In this document: positions 12,113 to 24,499 of the stretch, one piece after another | Layout: the number at the start of each line of letters is the position of its first letter | Numbering within the stretch: position 1 is the first letter of the stretch | From: Octopus sinensis | Taxonomy: Eukaryota | Assembly: GCF_006345805.1 (NCBI RefSeq) | Contig: NC_043013.1 | Location: 23,746,001 to 23,810,000 of the forward strand | Reading direction: 5' to 3' | Length of the DNA: 64,000 nt | Position numbers and translations under genes: made by a program | Notes under the pieces: model-generated | Database searches by the model: none | Told to the model about the DNA's origin: nothing | The model's input: only the letters and a program-made list of their open reading frames with translations

Positions 12113-13812
12113 CTTTTTTTTTACTGGTTTGGGGGAAACGGCCATACCCAAGTTCCTCGAAAGCTTTTCAAACTCTTGAAATCGATGAAGTTTTAAAGTT
12201 CCTTTTAAACAGTTGCAAGTTAAAATCTGCCGGAGAAGCGTGGGCATTGGGGAAATTCCTGGTGGCCGATTTTCTAATAAAGAAAGACTTGAGTAGTTTT
12301 TGGTGATGGACTCAGAATGGTTAAAAAGAAGAGAAGAGTAATTCAGGTGTGCTTGGATAGATATGGTACCAAACTAGGCATCTCCAAGGAGGAGATCACT
12401 GTAAAAGTGGGAGAAAGGATAGAAAGAAAAGACATCTCCGTATGTCAGAAATTGGTGTGCGTTAGTAAGTGACTCCATTTTCTGGTCGCGAAGAAGAGGA
12501 CAAATCTTTGCTGAATTTGTGCAAATGCCTTCATCAAGAGAGATTCCCGATGTTTGTGTGGGTAAACAATTGTAGCAACCATAAAATTCCTAGTGGTAAG
12601 CTGCTAATGTTTAAGGAACACGAGATGCTTTTCTTGATACATGTAGTGGCTGTATTTGTGCTGTTGAAGGAGACAAGATTAACATAACTCCATGTGAGAA
12701 TGTTTTCAAAGTTCCTGTCTACAGTGTCAGAGTTTATTTTACGTAAGATGTCAAGGATGAATGTGGAAGTTTAAGGAGGAGTAAAAAGTATCATTATCTC
12801 TATAGGAGTGGCTATTGTTTAGGATGACAGTAAATGTTCACAGCTGTGTAGGAAGATGGATTTATAGAGAATGGCGCAAGAAAGCTGTCAAATCGCATTG
12901 GTGCGACCTAACAAGAAGCTACTACTCCAAGAATAAGAGACGGTTGGAACTCATTGGCAAGCAGCTATGCTTGGAAGTCTGCATGACAGGCACAGTGAAA
13001 TACTTTCCGGATATCAAGCACAATGATGTTGTTTTCCTTAAATTTCTTGATCGCGCGGGTCCACTGGTAATGTTATTGGCGGTTAGGCCTCCTGTAGAAT
13101 TGGCTTTACGAAGTGTGCACTGGTAATAGTCAAGGATGGAGAGAGATTCAAAGAGGGGCAAGTTAATTGGTGTCTCGTCACCTTTTGGAAGAAAGTGGCA
13201 CGGTAGGGTGATTAGCAGGGTGAGAGGGATTAAGCTTTTAGAATTCGAGTACGCTAAACTAAAGGAAAGGATAGAGACTGGAAGAGTTATGTGGATAGAA
13301 AGGCTAGTTCTTGGATACAATGTTTGGGAGTGATGGAGAGGATAATGTCAGGACAGATACATTCGTTGGCTGATTGGAGACCCTTTCGCACATGGCATAT
13401 ATATGCACGCAACGGTGAGATTCGTGGAATGGAAAGGGATGGGTTTTTCTTTTAGATCTACCTGATGCATGCAGTATGTACTTGAGTGCAAAGGGGGAAG
13501 TAAATATGGCTGCTTTGAGAATAAGGCCAACAACGCTGCCGTTATTGAAAAGTGGAGGGAAGGATAATTCCGCAAAGTTGGCAGAAATCCTTGAGTTTTG
13601 GCTTTGGAGATGGGATTGCTGGCGGACAGTGCAATGTACGTGAGACATTTTTCATGTTTGGGGATGATAATCTTGTAGAAGTTGTAATACCAAGTAAAAA
13701 TTCCTTAAGTTGTTGGGTGTTGGGTTACAGACGTTGTAGGTCCTGCTCTTCCCATAAGCTGTCGCTATGAACGAACCCCTGAGTGAATCTTGTCACACAA
13801 TTTACTGACGAA
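12113..13812 (-). mobile_element. Internally deleted CR1/L2/Jockey-group LINE (EN N-terminus fused to RT C-terminal region, A-tail)
   Basis: EN-like LAYSN..SL...GDET; RT-late NILTWSYVNLVSFNSTNT and terminal DFNLQLFKRNF; A8 tail at 12113-12122; degenerate TSD gtaaatacttaaaggaact / gtaaaaatttaaagaatt. Confidence 0.65.
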
Positions 13813-14044
13813 GTAAAAATTTAAAGAATTTAGAAATATTAGTGGATGACATGGTAAATATGGAAGGAATAAAACTTATATATTTCCTTTCCTGATAATT
13901 ATTAGCAGCTACAGTTTAGTCAGAATGTCGATGTTTTTGTAGAAGTCTACACAAACATTCTTCGTTTGCGTTGACGAAAGAATAATTCGTTAGTTTTATT
14001 CCTTTTAATATATTTTCTCACACTCCAAAGAGAAATTATATTAC

Positions 14045-14209
14045 GTTCGATTCGTCACTAATAATCAAAGACCAATAATTGTCATCTTTCAGCCTGTTTT
14101 TGACAGTTCTGTTCACTTTGGTCCGAAATCCGAGATTTTTAGAGACTTGGAAAATATATCGGTATTCTCTCTCGGGGAAAATAATAAACGAAAGAAATTT
14201 GACATCAAA
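14045..14209 (-). CDS. ADAMTS-like prodomain exon FDVKFLSFIIFPEREYRY...DNYWSLIISDESN (5' boundary either 14209 or 14168-14170)
   Basis: 55-codon open frame ending at a gtaata donor, phase 0 into the next exon. Acceptor is ambiguous (ttgtag at 14210 versus tandem gagagag at 14167-14173). Confidence 0.55.
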
Positions 14210-14727
14210 CTACAAATTCGGCCCACAGAGAACCTTCCGTTAAACTAACTTTATTTTTTAAATATTTAACAAGTCTATTTATTTCTTTAAAATAGTAATA
14301 ATAATTCAGAAACACCATTTCTACGAAAAGCAATATTATTTAATGACTATTATTATTTTTTTCATGCAATCTGGGAAACAACTCCAAACATGGTTTTGTA
14401 TTATGACCGCATCAGTGAATCATAGCCTTCACCACATTTATCGAAGAAGTAGCAAAAAGAAAAAGAAACAATTCGTAAAATTGTTTAAAGGGTAAATGAT
14501 TTTATGATGTGAACGATTTCCTCTGTTTGGTAAAGCAATAATGAACTGTGAGATCACCCGTATAACTCAGGGAGCATTAAAGACTAACTGAGGGAAGTAG
14601 TGCGATAAAGGTATATTATTGTGAATGAAAGAAGTATAAAGCGTTTCCAAACTAATCACTATTAGTTTTTAGACATGAAAAGTGACAAATCAGAGATGAA
14701 GTAAAAACACGAAACAACATTACTTAC

Positions 14728-14764
14728 GGATCAGAGTCGCTGGAAACAGTGGCCAGGAAAAATT
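14728..14764 (-). CDS. ADAMTS-like gene, candidate micro-exon (E)FFLATVSSDSD(P)
   Basis: tttcacag acceptor, gtaagt donor, open in phase 1->2. Confidence 0.35.
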
Positions 14765-15111
14765 CTGTGAAATTATCTTTTAAAATAAAATTTTAAAATA
14801 ATGTTATAGGTACGTTGATGCGAACAGGAAAATAAAACTCAAAATATGAGTATATGTATATTTTTAGAAATATTTAGCAGAAGTAACAGAGTGACTCAAG
14901 GTCCGAGAGTTTCGTGCGTTGGCACTTATCAATGTAGTTGTAGGTCGAGAAGGAAATATATTTATCACCAACTATATAAACTTACAGGTCTTCGATCTGC
15001 AACTAGTTTGGTAAGTGCCAACGCACGAAACTCTCGGACCTCGAGTCACTCAGTAACTTTTGCTAAATATTAATGAAAAAAATAATATCATATTAATTTG
15101 AGATAAGTAAT

Positions 15112-15499
15112 GGTGGAAGCACTCCGTCGGTTACGACGATGAGGGTTCCGGTTGATCCGAATCAACGGAACAGCCTGTTCGTGAAATTAACGTGTAAGTG
15201 GCTGAGCACTCCACAGACACGTGCACCCTTAACGTAGTTCTCGGGGATATTCAGCGTGACACAGAGAGTGACAAGGCCGGCCCCTTGAAATACAGGTACA
15301 ACAGAAACAGGAAGTAAGAGTGAGAGAAAGTTGTGGTGAAAGAGTACAGCAGGGATCACCACCATCCCCTGCCGGAGCCTCGTGGAGCTTTTAGGTGATT
15401 TCGCTCAATAAACACTTACAACGCCCGGTCTGGGAATAGAAACTGCGATCCTATGACCGCGAGTCCGCTGCCCTAACCACTGGGCCATTGCGCCTCCAC
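15112..15499 (-). mobile_element. tRNA-derived SINE (family B) with 13-bp TSD
   Basis: tgagataagtaat at 15099-15111 and 15500-15512; highly similar to 9010-9399. Confidence 0.9.
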
Positions 15500-15662
15500 T
15501 GAGATAAGTAATACAGATCCCATTACTATTTATTCAGTTTGTAAATTGGTCGAGTTCTTGAGGAAGGAAACGAGAATAAGACAAGGCTGAGGTTGTTTCA
15601 AAGTCACAGATTTCAAAGTTAAAGCGCGCAGGTATCGTTGTTGGCTAAAATTTATTTAAATA

Positions 15663-16048
15663 CTAGCATTATCGCCCGGCGTTGCTTGGGTTTGTAAGGG
15701 AAATAACTACATAAGCATTTTTAGAGAGTTATAGCCAAAAAATAGCAAAAAAATGCATTAAAATGGAAAAAAAATTATGGTAAATTTTTTTTTAAATCGT
15801 TGACTCATCGTAGACATTTTTAGAGAGTTACTTCCCTTATATAATAGCGAAAAAATGCATTAAAATGGAAAAAAATGATGTTAAATTTTTTTTTAAATCG
15901 TAGACGCGCGCTAATACCCAGAAGGGCTCGATATGAATCACGACTATAAGATACCCGGTTTTGGTTAAACTGCACCGCAAAATGTGGGAGTAGTTAGGAA
16001 TCTAAATCGTAGGAGACAGACACACAATTTCTCTTTTATATATAAAGA
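15663..16048 (-). mobile_element. Non-autonomous Helitron-type element
   Basis: On the minus strand A|TC start, CTAG|T end, subterminal GC-rich hairpin (gcaacgccgggcg); internal ~85-bp duplication. Confidence 0.75.
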
Positions 16049-16496
16049 TTTCATAAGGAAATGAGATGTAAAATCAACTCCTAAAGAATCCGAATTAAAA
16101 AAAAAAAAAACGGAAGGATGCAAACGAAGAACCTCAAAGCATTTCATTCAACGTTCTATTGTTTCTGTCAAAGAAATATTGAATTCTTTTCGCTGATTAT
16201 CAGTGTGCCTGGGACAGTCTTGATGTATGTCTGAATATATTGACGATGATATTGTACATCTTGGGTACTGATGAAGTTGACACATGTACAGGATATTGAA
16301 AGACTTGGCGTATGTACGGGATACTGATAGAAGAGTTGGCGTTACTTATATTTAAACATGTAACATATAAAAAGAAGACAGCAGAGAATAGAAAACAGGC
16401 ATTGTTGTGTTGTTAAGATTTTCTGTAAACCCTTCCTCTACGGGACCATAGCAATCCATGTTTAAAATGCTCTTATATTAAGGTTTTCAGATATTC

Positions 16497-16537
<41 letters not shown>

Positions 16538-16589
16538 TCAACTTGTGTGTCTGTGTGTGTATCTTTGTGTGTGTCTGTGTGTTTAACTT

Positions 16590-17582
16590 CCCGGCACATC
16601 TCCTCCTAGCCAACAAATCGTAGAACCACCGGCGGTAATAAAAGATGTGGAAGAAGAGGTGGACATTTTGCAAGCTACCGTAAAAAATGAAGGTCGGCGA
16701 GGTAAAACGATAGAGATGAGTGTACAAGCAGAGGAGGGTACACTAGAAAGAATGACCGACAACATAATCTTGGGAAATATAGTAATGAGAGTGTGGGTGG
16801 AGGTCAGAGCACCAAGATGTTATAAGTGTGGCCTGAGGGGCCACATAAGAGCCTACTGCCCTCCCCCACAAGAAGAAACTGTAAACCAGGAAAAGGAGGA
16901 GGTGGAGCAGGAAAAAGTTGAGGAGGAAGAAACGGAGGAGGAGAAGGAAGCCCAGACGAAATGGGAGGATGTAAGGAAAAAAAGAAAAAGAAAGAAATCG
17001 AACTATGTCGAACCCCAACCCACCCCAACACCACCCGCACCCTCTGAGCCCCAGCCTTCCCCTGCAAACAGTGATCCCACCCACTCCCCGCCTACAAGAA
17101 AACCAAAAAATAACGCAGACACACAAAGTAAACAAGATCCCAAGTCCCATATTTTATGTTTTGTGAAAAGGGAAGACACTGAGAATTCGAAAAGAATCTT
17201 AAATACTTTTTCATGGTATGAGAGAGAAGATGGGAGTTATACGGTGGTGCCAGGGGAACTAATGGATACAATTATGGCGTTGTGTGTAAGAGAGGGTGTA
17301 AAAGTGATTAAGGTGGAATTTTCGGATGAGAGGATAAAAGAGTATGAAAGGAAGGCTGAGAGAATGATAAGGAAAGATGGGCTTTTGATAGGAGATGATA
17401 AATGACGATGGGTTGTGAAGGACAGGTAAGTGGTGCTGGCGAATGGGGCCGTCAGCATCGCTTTCATATTATCATTCTCAAAAATTTTCATCCTACATAC
17501 TTTTAATTTGTAATGTTCCGTGTCCCCAATGTCTTGTGGTGTCCCCTCTGTGTCACCCCTAGTGGGTAATAAAGAAATAAAA
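16590..17582 (+). mobile_element. ORF1-only (HAL1-like) non-LTR element: gag-like CCHC protein (ORF 16647-17405, 5' truncated) followed directly by a LINE-like 3' UTR and aataaagaaata
   Basis: CYKCGLRGHIRAYC zinc knuckle and basic RKKRKRKK, homologous to ORF1 at 37.7-38.7 kb; no ORF2; 3' end similar to 42290-42355. Confidence 0.75.
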
Positions 17583-17682
17583 ATTCGGCAAAAAAATGAA
17601 TTTTCGGGATGTAGCCTGGAGGGTTTTTTCGTATTAATCGTTTGGATTTTGTGAACACATACCAATTATCTCTCTATATAAA

Positions 17683-18050
17683 TCTATATATATAAAGCTG
17701 AAGTTGTCTGTGTATGGCAGGTTTGGTAGCCTTCAACTAACACTATCTCCTCCGAGACCCTGCGGCGCAAGTTGACCAAAATTGAGAGTATGATAGAAGT
17801 TTTGCTCTTCCTTCCGTAGAAGAAAAAATTCAAATCGGACCACATTAACACCAAAAATTATTTATATCAAAAAGGTGCTCTTTTTCTATGAAAATCCCTA
17901 TTTTTTACGATTTTTTGACTGCTGTGTCGCCACTTTTCGGTGTATTTCAACCAGAAAAATGTTCACTTAAAGAGAATAACAAGCTACATAATGCAAAATT
18001 TTTACTTTTCAAAAATTCCAATTCTAAAGCAACGCCGGGTGATACTGCTA

Positions 18051-18051
<1 letters not shown>
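17683..18051 (+). mobile_element. Non-autonomous Helitron-type element
   Basis: A|TCTATATATATAAA start; ends gcaacgccgggtgatactgCTAG|T. Confidence 0.75.
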
Positions 18052-18088
<37 letters not shown>

Positions 18089-19124
18089 CACAGTATGTAT
18101 GTGTATAATAACTAATGCATGCATGTCCACAATTCTCAACCTATTTTCACCAAACTTTACGCACACATTACTTATGTCCCAAGGATGGCCATGCACTAAA
18201 CATTTACCTTTACCTATTCTGAGTTACTTGAAAGGTGATGCTTCCTTCCCTCTCTTCTGTTTGTCGATACCTTTGTTTATCTACCAATGCGTTGTTTCAT
18301 TTTAAGGATGCTTATTTACTCATCCATTGTGATATTTCGACTGTTGTCCATTGTTTCAAATACGTTTTAGCATTGTGGTTCTAGTCTTTTTTAAACAATC
18401 ATATATGATTCGTCCCGAAGAATCAGCCTTTAAATAAGAGTTTTGCTTCCACTAACGAAAGCTAATCGTATCTTTCAGAAAGCTCCATACCAATTAAAAT
18501 TTATGCAGCATTCACTGTTACTCTATGCGCAGGCTATGTGGGAAGGCAGAATAAAGAGGCTTTTGTTAGCTTATCTCCCCGAAAAAATAGCTCCCTTTGC
18601 TGTTGAAAAAAATAAACTCGCAGAGGGGAAGTTTCAAAGTCTTCCTTCAATTTCATTACACCATTTATGTGGCTGTTTCTGACAAGAAATTTTGCTTTTA
18701 TGTAAAACAACTATATTTTGTAGTCATTATCCGTAATCTACTCCCCAAACACTTCAGTAGCTCTACTTTGCATCGCTTGCAAACTTAAATGTTCTATGAT
18801 CATCAAAGGGCAACAACCTCCACAATAACCAGCCTTCAATTCGATTTTCCGTTCCTGGGTAAATCGGAAACATAGATTGCCGTGCTACTCATAAACCTTC
18901 ATCACCAAAGCAACTTAAACCGTCCAAAGAATGAGTGCGTTTGCTAGTTAGGAATAAATTTGTTTTATCATTAATTAATTCATTATTGAGCTATTAACGT
19001 TTTGCAAACAGACGTACAGAACGTAATGTTAAGAAGAACTAAACGTTTATTTTCATGATATGGGTTTAGAAGCTGCAATGAATTATAATTAATAATTTTT
19101 ATGAAAATAAAACTTTTTACTTAC

Positions 19125-19179
19125 CTGATTTCAATGTTTCAATGCCATTGAAATACCAGAAGCCTTTGTTGAACAATTC
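19125..19179 (-). CDS. ADAMTS-like gene, candidate exon ELFNKGFWYFNGIETLKS
   Basis: Strong acceptor (cttctatctctag) and gtaagt donor; open phase 0->1, compatible with flanking candidate exons. Confidence 0.45.
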
Positions 19180-19498
19180 CTAGAGATAGAAGTTAAATAA
19201 CAGCATAAGCAATGTCAAAAACGGAATTTCACGATTGACAATATACGTATGACATATCCGTGAGGAACTGGAGCAAGATTATATCATAATAATTAAATGC
19301 AATCAATGGAATGTGAGGAAATTCATAAAATACAATCAGATGGTGTGATCTATCCGTCATAAGTCAATTTGTATGATAAACAAAAGTATTAAAAGTTCAA
19401 AGATATTCGTAATTCCTAGCACTGCTATCTTTACTGCAAATTTCTCTGTCGATTTTGCTATTTATTTTCTTAGCGGTTTACACACAAATATTCAGTTA

Positions 19499-19869
19499 CT
19501 AGCAGTATCGCCCGGCGTTGCTCGGGTTTGTAAGGGAAATAACTATAAAGCATTTTTAGAGAGTTATAGCCAAAAAATGGAAAAAAAATGATGGTAAATT
19601 TTTTTTTAGTTAAAAAGGTCGAGTTGCGTCCCCTAGACAGTCTGTGGTTTGTGTTTCTGATTCTCGACCCCATGTCGAATTTATCGATTTTTTTCAGAAC
19701 TGGGGAAACTTTTCTAAATTTTCGCTGCGTTAGTTTTGAATTATGACATTGGGCTATGTGTGTGTCAAGTTTCATCAGAATCGGTTGAAAGCCGTGGTCA
19801 GGGTGAGGGTACAACCTAACAGACACACAGAAACACACACAGACAAACTGCCGTTTATATATAGAGAGA
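19499..19869 (-). mobile_element. Non-autonomous Helitron-type element
   Basis: A|TC...CTAG|T termini; 3' ~90 bp nearly identical to 15663-15750. Confidence 0.75.
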
Positions 19870-20444
19870 TTTAACACTAATTGGCGGCTTCATCAAACAA
19901 CTGCTGCTTCTGTGGCAGTTGTTGTTCTGTGTTGGACATGTTTTACTTCGGCTCATAAAACAACAGATGTTTTTTTTTTTATTTTTTGGTTTGTTTTAAC
20001 TTAACATTTCGTCAAATGAGGGTCTTATTTTCACTATGTGAAGAAAGGGACTCTGAATGATGGTCGTTAGAAGTACCTTTCTTGCAACAATTTCTCCATG
20101 TCGTAAATTTTAATATTAAAAAATATGGCGACATTAGAACACACGACTGCTACGCAGTATGAAATAAAAATAAATGCCATGACAAGGTCATTGAATAGCG
20201 GCGATTCCTCTTAACTCAACTCAAACATCAACAACAACAAATAAGTCTGAACTCACAGAGAGATAAAACTATGATGGTTCTCCCAATAATGTGGAAATCC
20301 CCAACGCAAGAGCCAATAGGAGTTTCCTAAATGACTTGCCAAAAAAATGTCACAAAATTTCATGGAGACCGAGTCACCTGACCTCCAGGATCATGTCTAT
20401 AATGACCAGATTAGAGAATTAGTTGAGAGGAAATAGTTAAGAGG

Positions 20445-21265
20445 TAATCGTCACCAACCGGTAGGGATTATCCCTGAAAAGTATTATTAGATTAAAGTTG
20501 ATAAAATTTAGTAAAGAAATAAAGAGAGAGCTAGATAGTAACCTTGAAGAGTGTCTTAAGAAAGGTATTGGAGCTGACGCTGACGGTGAGATTGGCCCTT
20601 GACCATTTCTTCAACGCTAAACACGAAGGCTACGTGGACAGTGCTTGGGTGCGTGCTCTAAGCAATGAGGGAACGAAAGCGGTTTGATAGATCCAGGTGG
20701 CTGAGCCGCAACCTAGGAACAAATCCACAATTCTATATTTGATGTATCTCGAGGGATGCGTGCTAATCGATTCCAGATTGATATGTGCGGCTTTTCAGTG
20801 GTACTTCGCTCAACTCTTCGGGATAGGAGTGGGAGAGAGATACTGGGTGGATTTTACTGCCTACTTCGACGTCCTGCCGCGGCTCTCGTTAAGGGATTCG
20901 AAGTTCTGCGAAAGGTTAGCAACCTAGGAAATACGCGAAGCGATGGCTGGTTGCAGGAGAGAGAAGTCGCCAGGGCTGGATGGCCTACCCTGCGGGATTT
21001 ATCTTTGTATGCTCTAAGATTGTTCGGGTGTCGCTTGGTAGATGTCTACTGCAGGAGACAGCAGAACAGTAGAATTTCCTACTTCTACGAAAAGAGCTGT
21101 AATGATGCTGGTGAGAAAATATCCTAACAAATAGGATGATTTTTAACAACTTCTGGACCCTAACTCTACTAAATGCAGAGTTGAGGATTTTGACCAAGCT
21201 GTACGCAAAGAGGTTAGCGCTTGTCGCCAATACACTGGTAGGTGAGACACGGGCTCAAATCCACT
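20445..21265 (+). mobile_element. Decayed L1/Tx1-clade ORF2 fragment
   Basis: WYFAQLFG..., EKSPGLDGLP and LNAELRILTKLYAKRLALV are collinear with 39.6-40.4 kb. Confidence 0.8.
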
Positions 21266-21550
21266 GACAAAGATCAAAGACATTGCATTCAACTTTTAAA
21301 ATAAACGACATTATCTCATGTGGTAATCTTTGATTTAAGTTTTTTTTTCTTGTTCATGCTATTGTTTTTGTTGTTGTTATTGTTGTTGCTTAGGAGTTGG
21401 CAGGTTGACAACAGTGACTGTTGCATTGATTTTGCTGTTGATGGTGATTGTGTCGATGTTAGTGTTAGATAGTGGTGGTAGTGAAGAACGATTTATAGAT
21501 AGCTAGAGAGATAGAGCGAGAGATAGAGCGAGAGAGAGAGATTGAGAGAG

Positions 21551-21624
<74 letters not shown>

Positions 21625-21771
21625 TGCATGGTCTCATGGCTGGGATGCTGCAACCAGGATTGCGAAATCGTGGTATCAATTCTTGGGCCGCGTTGTGTGT
21701 TGTGTCATCGAAATTCCGTAACTTGAGGTAGCCGTAATGCGCGGAAGTATGCATAATTAATAGCAAAAAAA

Positions 21772-21809
<38 letters not shown>

Positions 21810-22853
21810 ACACTCAGTTGATTTTCTATTCGGTGTCTCCAGGCATAAACTTTACCTTCATTAAACATTTAATCTTTTTGAAAAAAATTAAAATTAGCAA
21901 CATAAGATAAACGTCTTGATTCTTTCTAATCGAGTCAGCGTCTATAACTTTTTTAGGGGTCCCTGTGGTTAGTCAGAGACTGTGAAGGGATTATCCTCAA
22001 ACTGAGGAACTGGCTAAATACTTGTAACAAAGGGTCTCCACTAAATACCCCTTTGGACCTGTTATGTTGTTAAGCGTCAGATTAAGGCTCCCGCCCATTA
22101 ACAGAAGCAGTTCGTCCGTAATCTATCACGGAGTTTTCTGTCACCAAATCTTGCTTCCGAGGTTTTGTTCGGTCCGCGGCAATGGTGGAAAACATTTATT
22201 CAGAGTGCTACATGGCAAGATCGAATTCTCACCGCGGAGTTGCGAAGTGAACTTTTTAATTACTCAGCCACACATGCGTCCATGTTACTAGGAGATGGCT
22301 ATTAATTATTACTAAGATAATTTGCTATACTTTATCATAGCTGTTGGTATCTTATTTTCATTTTCGTTCCTGAAAATGAAAAGCCGTAGTAATTTACTTT
22401 CCTATTATTTGAAATGCGACAAAGTAACAAAACTGAAGAAAATACTTCGATCTCATAGCATCTTCTTGTTTTCTGAAAATATTTCTCATTTCTGAAAATT
22501 CTCATTACTCAAAACATTTGAAATCTTCAGTATGATTCTAGTAATTCTCAAACTGTATTTTGTCTTCATTAACCAATTCTAAAATGAAATATCCCAGTAT
22601 CTGTTGCCCTTCTTAAAATCCTGAAAGTCACTTTGAACACACAAATAGGTCACATAAAAATATCGACCTGCCTCCCACATTATTGACATGCTTTATACAT
22701 ATCAGTTTTTCCCTCATTTTATCAATAACAGAAGGGTGAAGATCGATTTCCACTTCTTCAAAATATGACATGAGTTTTATTTCCATCTTCTTCAAACAAC
22801 TTAGATCTAATATAATGTTAACACTCTAGAAGGAAAATAATTTCACTACTTAC

Positions 22854-22937
22854 TCGCGTTGCAAAGTTACCAGTGGCTAGACTCATTAAAATCACCACGT
22901 AGAAAACGTTTTTCTCTGAAATTCTGAGACCAGTCAT
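22854..22937 (-). CDS. ADAMTS-like gene, probable first coding exon (signal peptide) MTGLRISEKNVFYVVILMSLATGNFATR
   Basis: accATG start, hydrophobic core VFYVVILMSLATG, perfect gtaagt donor (phase 0). Linkage to the downstream exons is inferred from strand and phase. Confidence 0.6.
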
Positions 22938-22992
22938 GGTTGAAGGTGAAACATATTTCGTAATTTTGTCAATCGGAACAAACTTTATATAA

Positions 22993-23023
<31 letters not shown>

Positions 23024-23352
23024 ATGATTGTTCCCTGATGGATCTAATACAAGAAGATTTATGATCGAGTTGTTATTCAAAAGAAATGTCTTGAATAAAT
23101 TATTGTGAGCACGTTGATACAAACGTGCAACGGGGTTTTTCAGTGGAAATTCAATTCAGTTTCAATAGGTAAGTAGAGGTAAATAGAAGAATATCTTCGA
23201 AGCACTTCAGTTGAACATCTGATGGATTAGAAGGGAATGGTAATTGTTTGAAGTTTTTATTAGTTTATCAGTGAATTCGTGTCAAGTATATACTCATGCA
23301 CGTGCATAAATGTGTGCAGCACAGACAACCAGGCAGACAGACAGATATATGA

Positions 23353-23407
<55 letters not shown>

Positions 23408-24499
23408 AAGAGAGAGAGGGGGCAGACAGAGAGAGAGAAAATAGATAGATAGATAAATTATGCAATAGCATAAATCAAATTTTGTTTGTTTTCTGCTTTC
23501 TCCGTTTTAGACAAGATTATCTTACATAAAAGATTAAGATTTGGGAACTATTTTTAGAGAACCGTTGCTAAGATCTCTAAACCCACCCGGAAAAGATAAA
23601 GACAACTAAATAAATATAAAGCCATAAATTTAGGGACATTCAATGAAAGAAGTATTCACTCAAGTTGACAATATTTTATATTGCAACAGGGATTTCAAAG
23701 ACGATTCAAGATCGGTTTCTTTTGACTAAACACCAGACTTTATCATTTTAAATTAGGGGTGGAGCAACAAGTGGGATGTCATGACATATATACTGTTCTC
23801 AAGTTCTTTAACAGTTTGATTATAGAATCAGTTTTACTTCGCTGGTTTTTTACTTTTTTTTTATATTTTATTTATTTATCTCTTCTCGCTTTTCGTCGTC
23901 TGCCCGAAAGGGATTTCACATTGATTTCTAGCATTGTCACGCGACCAGAAATTTAGATGATACACTTGAGGAAATAACCCACAGCATATGACTGGTACAT
24001 TTTTGGATCGATCCCCAGTAGGATGAAGACAAAGTTGATGTCAGTGGGAATAGAACTTGGAAAGCAGAAACACAATTCAGCTCTTCCTACGTTCAAATGA
24101 TGATGATGAAAAGGCCAGAAATATAGTGAGAGAAGAGTACAGTCGATTTAAAGGACATGGCTGCTACTTCTTTTAGTGACCATAGAAAAATCAAGTCAGT
24201 GGAGGAGCCTAGACGTTGTTGCTCTACCTACTAGAAATAACAGCCAAAACATACTCAAACTATGACTTACTGCACTTAAAAAGGACACATTTATATGATT
24301 ACTATATGGCCAAAATTCATTGTAGGTGAAAAACAAAATGAGGATTATCACGTCTGGAATATCTTCGGCCAAAAGCCTTCTCGGTCAAGGACGAACTGGT
24401 GCTAACATCCTCAGACAGATGAAAGAAAAAGTTGCCTTCCACGTTTTACAAACTAATAACGAAAAAATACATAACTAAATATCGCAATATGTTTAATCC

